From NCBI GenBank assembly GCA_050177605.1, contig JBFXGX010000002.1, forward strand, positions 64,001 through 128,000: a DNA stretch of 64,000 bases, read 5' to 3'. This document shows positions 10,475 through 19,194 of the stretch, piece by piece. Below the pieces are notes generated by a model, which worked only from the letters and a program-made list of their open reading frames with translations, was not told the origin of the DNA and did not search any database. The translations under genes and the position numbers were made by a program. The stretch is from Candidatus Izemoplasmatales bacterium (GTDB taxonomy: Bacteria; Bacillota_I; Bacilli_A; Izemoplasmatales; Hujiaoplasmataceae). The stretch's first letter is position 1, and each line of letters opens with the position of its first letter.

Positions 10475-11479
10475 ATGGAAAAAATTAAGTCAGTTAATTT
10501 AGGCGGATGGTTCGTTCTCGAAAGATGGATGAAACCATCTTTGTTTGAAGAAACAAAGCAAAAAGCACGTTGCGAAACGAGTTTTGTACTCAATCATCCA
10601 AATCCAAAAGAAGCTTTGCATGAACACTGGAAAACTTGGATTCAAAAGGAAGATATTGTTTGGTTGAAAAACTTAGGAATCAACCTTGTAAGAATCCCTA
10701 TTCCTTGGTGGTTATTTCCGGAAACTTTTCCGACAGAAACACCTTATGTATCACCACTAACATATATCCATGAAGCGATGGATTTTATCCACGAAGCGGG
10801 AATGAAAGTTATGTTGGATTTACATACAGCTCCAGGGAGTCAAAATGGATTTGATAATGGTGGCATCGATGGGGTATTAACATGGCATCATGATCCTAAA
10901 AATATCGAAATAACCATCGAAGTACTGAAGATGATAGCAACTGAATTTAAGGACCATCCAGCCTTACATTCATTACAAGTATTAAATGAACCTCATATGA
11001 CCATTGATATGAATATTATTGAAGATTTCTACATTCGAAGCTATGATGCCTTAAGAGAGATTCTTCATAAGGATACTTATATCGTATTCCATGATTCGTT
11101 TAGACTTCATCACTGGATGCCATTTTTCAAAGAGAAGAACTGGTCAAACGTTATCCTAGATACGCATATCTATCAATGCTTTTCCGATTATTTTAATCAA
11201 ATCGATGAACAAACATTCCTGAATCATCCTTTTAAGATTGAACCAGAACTAAAGGAAATTGATCAAGTCGTTCCTTTAATTGTCGGTGAATGGTCACTTG
11301 GTGCTAGAAGTTTTGATACTTCTAAATCAAGAGAAGAGTTTGAACAAAAATTTGCTGAAAACCAATTAAGTGTGTTTAACCAAATTACAGGTTGGACATT
11401 CTGGTCTTATAAAATAAGCGACTATCATAGCGGTTGGAATTTCCGCGGATTAATTGAGAGGGGGATTATCAAACTTTGA
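10475..11479 (+). CDS. GH5 glycoside hydrolase, exo-beta-1,3-glucanase-like
   Basis: VNLGGWFVLE, HTAPGSQNGFDN, LNEP, HDSF, DTHIYQCF, VGEWS. Confidence 0.9.
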   Translation: MEKIKSVNLGGWFVLERWMKPSLFEETKQKARCETSFVLNHPNPKEALHEHWKTWIQKEDIVWLKNLGINLVRIPIPWWLFPETFPTETPYVSPLTYIHEAMDFIHEAGMKVMLDLHTAPGSQNGFDNGGIDGVLTWHHDPKNIEITIEVLKMIATEFKDHPALHSLQVLNEPHMTIDMNIIEDFYIRSYDALREILHKDTYIVFHDSFRLHHWMPFFKEKNWSNVILDTHIYQCFSDYFNQIDEQTFLNHPFKIEPELKEIDQVVPLIVGEWSLGARSFDTSKSREEFEQKFAENQLSVFNQITGWTFWSYKISDYHSGWNFRGLIERGIIKL

Positions 11480-13002
11480 AACGATTAATAATTGCCGGAT
11501 TACTTTTACTAACAAGTTTGTCGTTATTTGCTTGTGAGAATAATACGACATCAGATACACTGACTTCTATTACAACCACAACAACTACTACCTCTGAAAC
11601 CACTACTTCCACGACCTCGATTGATGTGAGCCAAACGGAAGTTTTTGGTTATACTTCAAACACAGCTGGGCTATTTAGTGATATTGAGTATATCTCTGAT
11701 TGGGATAAGGGAGCCTTAACATCAACATTCATCAATGTAGATGATTTTCAAACTTTCCAAACATTTTATGGTACAGGGGCTGCATTAACCTATTCAAGTG
11801 CTTATGTCATCAATCAATCACCTGATAGAGATGAAATCATCAATTACTTGTTCTCGGAAAGTGGCCTTCACATTCAACTAGTGAGATTAACAGTTGGAGC
11901 GAGTGACTTTGTGCCATCAAGTGTGGGACATTACACATATGATGATAGTCCAAATAACACTGCAGATATGGAGCTTAACTATTTTTCTTTGGAACAAGAC
12001 CAAATTATTTTTGATATCATAGAGCAAGCACTAGAAATCAATCCTGACATCGTTTTTCTTGCAGCGCCTTGGAGTGCTCCAGCTTGGATGAAAACAAATA
12101 AGAATTTATATGGCGGTGCCTTAAGTACAATCTACTATAATTCTTACGCAAATTATCTTATTCGCTATTTACAAGAAATGGAGAATATGGGAATTCATAT
12201 TAAGTATTTGTCGATTCAAAATGAACCATATTACGCACCGTATGACTATCCAGGTATGACTTGGACAATCGATACAACCAAAATATTCATTCGTGATTTC
12301 TTAGGCCCAAAACTTGTGGAAAATGGACTGACGACCTCCATCATGATTTGGGACCATAATCCAGTCGATAATAATGGTAATCTCATTGATTACCCGGTTC
12401 GTGTATTGAACAACGAAGAGACAGCTTCCTATGTGGGAGCGATTGGTGTCCATTGCTACACAGGTGATGACGCCGATATGTATGATTTTCTTGATTATTT
12501 ACATGAAAATAATCCTGAAATGGAAGTATTTATGACTGAATGTACAGCTGTAACAACGTACAAGAACTTATCTCAAAACATGGAATGGTCTTTAAGAAGA
12601 ATGTATTTAGAAACATATAATCGCTTTGCTTCAGGTACAACCTACTGGAACATGGTACTCGATCCAGTAGGATCAGTTCATGATGGTGGATGCTCAAACT
12701 GTACAGGTTTACTTAGTGTTCCGATAGACGGTTCCTCTGGTTATACAGTAGAAGCTGATGCTTATGTCACGGGTCATTTTTCAAAAGACATTATGAGTGG
12801 CGCTACACGCATCTATACCAAAGCGAATAATACAGGTCTTCTCGTCACTGGATTTAAAGATCAAAACGGAAAAATCACACTCGTCATTTTTAATGATTCT
12901 GTTGCAAGAACAACGACAATCAATTGGCGAAATCATTCATTTGCAATTGCTTTACCTCAATCGTCTCTTACTACGGTGTACTGGACAGTTGAAGAAGAAT
13001 AA
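11476..13002 (+). CDS. GH30 lipoprotein, probable endo-beta-1,6-glucanase
   Basis: Lipobox LFAC, Thr-rich linker, GASDF, APWSAPAWMK, QNEP, WDHN, MTEC, GGCSNC. Confidence 0.9.
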   Translation: MKRLIIAGLLLLTSLSLFACENNTTSDTLTSITTTTTTTSETTTSTTSIDVSQTEVFGYTSNTAGLFSDIEYISDWDKGALTSTFINVDDFQTFQTFYGTGAALTYSSAYVINQSPDRDEIINYLFSESGLHIQLVRLTVGASDFVPSSVGHYTYDDSPNNTADMELNYFSLEQDQIIFDIIEQALEINPDIVFLAAPWSAPAWMKTNKNLYGGALSTIYYNSYANYLIRYLQEMENMGIHIKYLSIQNEPYYAPYDYPGMTWTIDTTKIFIRDFLGPKLVENGLTTSIMIWDHNPVDNNGNLIDYPVRVLNNEETASYVGAIGVHCYTGDDADMYDFLDYLHENNPEMEVFMTECTAVTTYKNLSQNMEWSLRRMYLETYNRFASGTTYWNMVLDPVGSVHDGGCSNCTGLLSVPIDGSSGYTVEADAYVTGHFSKDIMSGATRIYTKANNTGLLVTGFKDQNGKITLVIFNDSVARTTTINWRNHSFAIALPQSSLTTVYWTVEEE

Positions 13003-13028
13003 AATATTTAAAAATTGAAGGGGATTTT

Positions 13029-14972
13029 ATGAAAAAATTTACGGTACTACTTACACTTTTACTAACAGTGTTTGTTGTAGGATGTAATTTATCTACAGTT
13101 ACTGATACAACAACTACTACAGACACAACACAGACGACGACTTCTACGTCTTCTAGTGAAACGACAACTTCCTTTAAAACGGACGAAGCTGCTGTAACTT
13201 ACGGAGGCTCTTACTGTGACACACTCGAAGTTGATGACACGTTTATTGACAACTTACTTGATAGCTTAACACTTTCTGAAAAAGTTGGGCAAATGCTACA
13301 AGCAGAGAAAAACGGTGCTTCCACAAGCGATGCGAAAAACTATAATCTTGGTAGCGTCTTAAGTGGCGGGGGAAGTGCTCCATCAACAAACGATGCGTAT
13401 CACTGGTATTTACTCTATAAATCTTATCAAGATGCGATGCAATCATCATCAACTCAAATTCCTATTATTTATGGACTAGATGCAGTTCATGGTGACAACA
13501 ATGTTCCTAGTGCAACGATTTTTCCGCATAACATTGGACTTGGCGCTGCTAATGATCCAGATTTGATGGAACGTATTGGTATTATTACTGCAAGAGAAGT
13601 ACGAGTCACTGGAATGAATTATACATTCGCACCAGCTGTAAGTCTTGTTCAAGATATCTCTTGGGGTAGAACCTATGAATCCTTTAGCGAAAGTGTTGAT
13701 ATTGTTACCAATCTTGCTGGATCATATATCAATGGACTTCAATCCTATTGTGTTGGTGCATCCGCGAAACACTTTGTCGCAGATGGTGGTACAGATGGTG
13801 GAGTTGACGAAGGAAATGCAACACTAACTGAAGAAGAAGTACGTGCAATTCATTTGCAACCTTATTATGATGCAATTGAAGCTGGCGTATATACAATAAT
13901 GGTTTCTTATAGTTCCATCAATAATGTGAAAATGCATGAAAGTGATTACTGGATTACCGATGTATTAAAGGGCGAAATGGGATTCGATGGCTTCGTAATA
14001 TCTGATTATAATGCGATTCATCAATTACCAGGAAACTACTATAATCAATTAGTTACTTCTGTGAATGCCGGTATTGATATGTTAATGGAACCTTTTGACT
14101 GGAAAAGTGCAATTGAAAATATCATTTTAGCGGTGAATAACGGTGATATTTCGATGGAAAGAATTGATGATGCAGTCCGTCGTATCTTAGTTATCAAGTA
14201 TAAAATGGGATTATTCTCAGATGATTTCTATAACGAAGAAACAGGTCAATACTACCGTATTACCTATGATGAAGGTTTTGCGACAGAAGAAAATTTAGCA
14301 GTTGCGAGAGAAGCGGTTCGCAAGTCTTTAGTATTACTTAAAAACGATAACAATGCCTTGCCTTTATCCAAGAGTGAGAATGTAGCTGTTTTAGGTGAAG
14401 GTGCTGATAATATTGGATTACAATGTGGAGGATGGACGATTTCTTGGCAAGGAAGCGATGCTGCAAGACTGACAAGAGGAACGACCATTTTACAAGGAAT
14501 GAAACAAGCCGTTGGTCAGACTCCTGGTAATGTCTATGAAGACATTGCTTTAGCGGATAAAGTAGTTGTTGTATTATCAGAAAATCCTTACGCAGAATAT
14601 AACGGTGACAATGATTACCCATCACTAACTGGTGCTACAGCGAATGCTGGAAATGCAGCATTATTAGATCAAATTCTCATTGCGAAAAGTTTAGGTAAAA
14701 CAGTCATCGCTGTGATTGTTGCTGGAAGACCTTTATTACTTGATAATTATCTTCCTTATTTCGATGCATTAGTGATGGCGTTTTTACCAGGTTCTGAAGC
14801 AGGACTAGGGATGGCTGATGTGCTTTATGGTGATTACGATTTTACAGGGAAATTACCTGTTACTTGGCCAAAAACAGCTGCTGGAATTGGTATGAATATT
14901 AATCGAGTAGATTATAATCCAGAGGTAGTTCTTTTCCCATTTGGCTATGGACTATCCTACAAGGAGGAATAA
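13029..14972 (+). CDS. GH3 lipoprotein, exo-beta-glucanase/beta-glucosidase
   Basis: Lipobox VVGC, Thr-rich linker, DAVHG, WGRTYES, KHFVADG, FVISDY nucleophile, FPFGYGL. Confidence 0.93.
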   Translation: MKKFTVLLTLLLTVFVVGCNLSTVTDTTTTTDTTQTTTSTSSSETTTSFKTDEAAVTYGGSYCDTLEVDDTFIDNLLDSLTLSEKVGQMLQAEKNGASTSDAKNYNLGSVLSGGGSAPSTNDAYHWYLLYKSYQDAMQSSSTQIPIIYGLDAVHGDNNVPSATIFPHNIGLGAANDPDLMERIGIITAREVRVTGMNYTFAPAVSLVQDISWGRTYESFSESVDIVTNLAGSYINGLQSYCVGASAKHFVADGGTDGGVDEGNATLTEEEVRAIHLQPYYDAIEAGVYTIMVSYSSINNVKMHESDYWITDVLKGEMGFDGFVISDYNAIHQLPGNYYNQLVTSVNAGIDMLMEPFDWKSAIENIILAVNNGDISMERIDDAVRRILVIKYKMGLFSDDFYNEETGQYYRITYDEGFATEENLAVAREAVRKSLVLLKNDNNALPLSKSENVAVLGEGADNIGLQCGGWTISWQGSDAARLTRGTTILQGMKQAVGQTPGNVYEDIALADKVVVVLSENPYAEYNGDNDYPSLTGATANAGNAALLDQILIAKSLGKTVIAVIVAGRPLLLDNYLPYFDALVMAFLPGSEAGLGMADVLYGDYDFTGKLPVTWPKTAAGIGMNINRVDYNPEVVLFPFGYGLSYKEE

Positions 14973-14977
14973 ATAAA

Positions 14978-17173
14978 TTGAAAGCAGAAGAGGTATTGTG
15001 TAAGTTAACTTTGGAAGAAAAAGCAATTCTCTTAACTGGAAAGAAAAACTGGTTTTTTAATGGCGTTCCTCGACTAGGAATTCGTGATTTTGTTGTGGGT
15101 GATGGTCCTCATGGATTACGTGCCTATCAAAATATCATGGAAAATGGTGGTTATCCTGAAACAAGAATGCCTGCGACAATGTTTCCATCCGCAAGTGCCA
15201 TGGCTTCTTCATTCCATCCTGAACTTCTTTTTGAAGTAGGAAAAGTCATCGGAAAAGAATGTAATCACTATCATGTTGATATTATTTTAGGTCCTGGCAT
15301 CAACGGAAAGAGGAGTCCACTAGCTGGAAGAAATTTCGAGTATTATAGCGAAGACCCTTGGTTAACTGCAAAAATGGGAGAAGCCTTTGTCAAAGGTGTT
15401 CAAAGCGAAGGCGTTGGAACATCTCTCAAACATTTTATTTTAAACGAACAAGAATCATCAAGACGATTTATTAGTTCACAGGTCGATAATCGTACATTCA
15501 GAGAACTATACGCGCTTCCTTTTGAACATATCGTCAAGACTGCTAAGCCTTTAACGATTATGCCTAGTTATAATAAAATAAATGGTGTCTATGCATGCCA
15601 AAATCTTGAAATACTTGACGCATTATTAAAAAAAGAATGGGGATTCGAAGGAATTACAATTTCTGATTGGGGTGCTGTTCAAGATAAAAAAGCAAGTATA
15701 GAAGCTACCTTAGATATTGAAATGCCTGAATCAGAATGGAAAGACAAGTTCATTGAAGATGTCAAAAACGGACTATATAGCGAGTCGCAGATTAATGAAA
15801 GAGCGCTTCGTGTTTTAAAAGCATATGAGTGGATGCTTCAAAATAAAAATCATGGCTTAAAAACGAATTTTGAAGAGAATCATCTGATTGCGAAAAAAGT
15901 CGCAGACGAATCTGTTTGCTTACTGAAGAACGAAAATGCGATTCTTCCACTTGAAATGGGAAGTCGTGTCATCGTTTTAGGTGAATATGCCGCTAATCCA
16001 AGAATTAATGGCGGAGGAAGTTCTGATTTAATGCCATACCTTGTAAATAACACTTTAGAAGAAATGATGAAATATGCGAAGGTAAGCTACTTTTCATCCT
16101 ATCAACTTACGAAGGATTTAGCAGATCAAATCCTATCCAGTAAAGATAAAATTGTCGTATTTGTTGGAACCACTGCAGAAATCGAGAGTGAAGGATTTGA
16201 TCGTAAAAATCTCGATTTACCGAAAGAACAAGTATTGTTTTTAACAGAAGTTTCAAAGATAAGTCAAAATCGATTAATCGTTGTAAATTCAAGTGGATCG
16301 GCAGTGAATTTTGAGCCATTTATCAAGGATACAAGTGCCTTATTACAAGCCTTCTTTTTAGGCTCAGCTACTGGTAAAACAATTGCTGATATTTTGTTTG
16401 GCGTTGTTAATCCATCAGGGAAATTATCTGAAACATTCCCTATTGACCTTGCTAATACACCAACCTATAAACAATTTCCAGGCACAGGAAAGACAAGTAT
16501 TTACCAAGAAGGTTTATTTACTGGATATAGGTTCTATGATACACATAAACTTCCTGTTAGATTCCCATTTGGGTATGGGCTCAGCTATACTCATTTTGAC
16601 TACAACGGCCTAAAATTATCTACAAATCAAGTAAGTGATGATTTTAACTTCCAAGCAAGTGTACTCGTTGAAAACACAGGAAAGAGAGATGGTTACGAAA
16701 CGGTAATGTTATTTGTAGGTTATCCAGAGAGTCAGTTTGTCCATCCAACGAAAGTGCTAAAACAATTCAAAAAAGTATGGATTCCATCTGGAGAGACCTG
16801 CAAGGTTACTTTTGATCTTACAAGGGAAGATTTTAAGGTCTTTGTAAGTGACAAATCGAAGTTCATGGTCGAGTCAGGAAGATACCTTATCTATGTTGGC
16901 AAGAACGTTACAGAAACGTTACCATATGAAACAATTGATATCTTCTCAAGCGATGTGTGTCACGCACCTAAACAGCTTGATTATCCTGCCGATGAATGGA
17001 TGAAATCGGATCCAGAAAAGTCGCTCTTACTCTCTTTAGAGAGCAAATATCGGAGTTTACTATGGTGGGAAAAAGAAGAACCACTTGAAAGAATACTAAA
17101 AAGAATTCAAAAAGAATTCAATTTATTAGACGATGAATGTGAAGAAATCCTACGTCAACTGGGATTGAATTGA
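14978..17173 (+). CDS. GH3 beta-glucosidase, cytoplasmic
   Basis: DGPHGLR, GRNFEYYSEDP, ISDWGA, ESEGFDR, FPFGYGLSYT plus FnIII-like domain. Confidence 0.93.
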   Translation: MKAEEVLCKLTLEEKAILLTGKKNWFFNGVPRLGIRDFVVGDGPHGLRAYQNIMENGGYPETRMPATMFPSASAMASSFHPELLFEVGKVIGKECNHYHVDIILGPGINGKRSPLAGRNFEYYSEDPWLTAKMGEAFVKGVQSEGVGTSLKHFILNEQESSRRFISSQVDNRTFRELYALPFEHIVKTAKPLTIMPSYNKINGVYACQNLEILDALLKKEWGFEGITISDWGAVQDKKASIEATLDIEMPESEWKDKFIEDVKNGLYSESQINERALRVLKAYEWMLQNKNHGLKTNFEENHLIAKKVADESVCLLKNENAILPLEMGSRVIVLGEYAANPRINGGGSSDLMPYLVNNTLEEMMKYAKVSYFSSYQLTKDLADQILSSKDKIVVFVGTTAEIESEGFDRKNLDLPKEQVLFLTEVSKISQNRLIVVNSSGSAVNFEPFIKDTSALLQAFFLGSATGKTIADILFGVVNPSGKLSETFPIDLANTPTYKQFPGTGKTSIYQEGLFTGYRFYDTHKLPVRFPFGYGLSYTHFDYNGLKLSTNQVSDDFNFQASVLVENTGKRDGYETVMLFVGYPESQFVHPTKVLKQFKKVWIPSGETCKVTFDLTREDFKVFVSDKSKFMVESGRYLIYVGKNVTETLPYETIDIFSSDVCHAPKQLDYPADEWMKSDPEKSLLLSLESKYRSLLWWEKEEPLERILKRIQKEFNLLDDECEEILRQLGLN

Positions 17174-17222
17174 TAACTTTCTTTACGAATGTATTTATGA
17201 AAACGAATGAAAATCCAAAAAA

Positions 17223-17276
17223 TATGTAACCTATTACATAAAAAGTATTGAAAACGCTTTATCGATATGTTAAAAT
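17223..17276 (+). promoter_or_regulatory. Operator (copy 3), cre-like site and sigma-A promoter
   Basis: TATGTAA-CCTA-TTACATA 17223-17240; TTGAAA(17248)-17nt-TAAAAT(17271); TGAAAACGCTTTAT overlaps the -35. Confidence 0.7.
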
Positions 17277-17309
17277 AACATCGTATATAAATAACAATAG
17301 GAGGAAAAA

Positions 17310-19034
17310 ATGAAAAAAATATTGACAGTTTCAGTAGCGTTCTTGTTACTATTATTGTTAGTTGGTTGCGGAGAAGTAACAACATCAGCTACAACGACAA
17401 CAACGACAACTGGAACAACAACTTCAGCAGATTTAACGAACATTGAATCTGATACAGGTTTAGATAAGAACGTAGAAGGTGTAATCGACATCGTTTTATG
17501 GAGCGGTTCCGGTACGACTTATTATGACCTAGGACATCAAAATTTAACTGCAGATCAATTACCTGCACAAAATGATGCTGCTGCATACGCTGTTGCAAAA
17601 GCATTCAATGAAATTTATCCTAACATTACTATTAATGGATACTTCAAATCAGGTGGTCCAGATAACTGGTCACAAACATTAGAAACTTATGCTGATGACG
17701 AAGGACGTTTCCCAGCTGTTTGGGCAGCAATGGACTTAAGCGGTTCAGTTTCTAACGGTATCGTTGCTGACTTATCTCGTTTCGAAGATGATCCTTTATA
17801 TCAACAATTAAATCCAAGCGTAATGCAAATGATGAACTATTATGGTTTCCAAGCTGGACTTCCACAATATATCTTACCTTGGGGTGTTTATGTAAACAAA
17901 TCATTAGCAGATGCTAACGGTATTAAAATGCCTAATCCTGATTGGGATATCGATGAATATACAGATTTTGTATCGAATTATTCTCTAGATCCTGAAAATA
18001 TGTATTTCGGTGCTATGGATACTCCTCTTTCATTTATTGAAACAGGTACAACTACAATTCGTGCTTCTTTAGCTAGTTATACTGGTGGAGATACATTTGT
18101 TAACTTAAATAGTACAGAAGTTCGTAATATGATCTCTTATATCCACGAATGGGTTGATGGCTCATTCTGGGGACAATATGACCAAGAAGCTTTAACAATC
18201 ACTGATGGATCTGGTCCAGTTGCTTCTTTATATGCTGCAGCAGGTTCATGGGATTATCATTTATTCAGACAAGGATATTTACTAACATTTGATGGACAAC
18301 CTTGGATGATGGGTGATTGTGCTGAAACAAACTCTTCATGGTGGGCTGTATGTAACATTGATGATTGGGATATCTATCCAAGACCAGCAACTGATTATCA
18401 AGAAGCAACAGTTGGTATGGTTCTTGACCCAATGGCTGTTTACAACTACTGTTTAGAAGATGGTGACTTAGCTTGTACACCAGCAGAAGAATTAAAAATT
18501 CAAATCGCTTATACATTCGCAATTTTCTGGACTGCAGATAGCCGTTCATTCGCAGCTAGAGCAAACCAATTATTCTACGATGCATCAAGCCTTGGATATA
18601 GTAGTGCTTTAAATGACTCACTTCCAGTTGTGACTGGAGACATGTTTGCTGATCAAATGGCTTATTGGTATACACCTGCAAAACATCAAAGATTTGGTGA
18701 AGTTGATGGTGATGGCGAATATATTATGCCAGGATTCCAAGAAGTATTAAGAATTTACTCTGAAGGTCAATTCTGGGACATTTCAGATAAAGCATTCCCA
18801 TGGTCTTACTCATTTGAAGGTACTTCACAAACAATCCTCTATGAATGGCAAAATTATTGGAACCCAGAAGTAAATGGTGGTAAAAATAAATACGATACTG
18901 ACTTTACTTCAACAATCCAAGCATTATTACCTACATGGAATGATCTAGCTAATCAACGCTTTGCTGATCAGTTTGATGAAATTAAATTTGGACTCCAAGT
19001 TTACTATGGATGGTCTGCTTCTGATTTCGAATAA
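17310..19034 (+). CDS. Carbohydrate ABC transporter solute-binding lipoprotein
   Basis: Lipobox LVGC, Thr-run, SBP family-1 features (AFNEIYPNITI, DLS, GLPQY..YVNK, WDIDEY); Trp-rich. Confidence 0.85.
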   Translation: MKKILTVSVAFLLLLLLVGCGEVTTSATTTTTTTGTTTSADLTNIESDTGLDKNVEGVIDIVLWSGSGTTYYDLGHQNLTADQLPAQNDAAAYAVAKAFNEIYPNITINGYFKSGGPDNWSQTLETYADDEGRFPAVWAAMDLSGSVSNGIVADLSRFEDDPLYQQLNPSVMQMMNYYGFQAGLPQYILPWGVYVNKSLADANGIKMPNPDWDIDEYTDFVSNYSLDPENMYFGAMDTPLSFIETGTTTIRASLASYTGGDTFVNLNSTEVRNMISYIHEWVDGSFWGQYDQEALTITDGSGPVASLYAAAGSWDYHLFRQGYLLTFDGQPWMMGDCAETNSSWWAVCNIDDWDIYPRPATDYQEATVGMVLDPMAVYNYCLEDGDLACTPAEELKIQIAYTFAIFWTADSRSFAARANQLFYDASSLGYSSALNDSLPVVTGDMFADQMAYWYTPAKHQRFGEVDGDGEYIMPGFQEVLRIYSEGQFWDISDKAFPWSYSFEGTSQTILYEWQNYWNPEVNGGKNKYDTDFTSTIQALLPTWNDLANQRFADQFDEIKFGLQVYYGWSASDFE

Positions 19035-19042
19035 GAAATGAT

Positions 19043-19077
19043 AAAAAAAGGTGTGTGTATACACACCTTTTATTTTT
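19043..19077 (+). terminator. Intrinsic terminator after SBP gene
   Basis: AAAAGGTGTGT-GTAT-ACACACCTTTT. Confidence 0.85.
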
Positions 19078-19097
19078 GGAAAATGACCGCTTTTATC

Positions 19098-19153
19098 TAG
19101 ACAGATAAACGCTCAATATGATATAATTAATCGATGTGTTACGGTTTACACAT
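19098..19153 (+). promoter_or_regulatory. Promoter plus operator (copy 4, inverted)
   Basis: TAGACA 19098, TGATATAAT 19119-19127, ATGTGTTACGGTTTACACAT 19134-19153 (reverse complement contains TGTAAACCGTAACAC). Confidence 0.75.
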
Positions 19154-19194
19154 AGGAAAAAAGATAATAAATCCATTAATTGGAGGGGGTTTCT

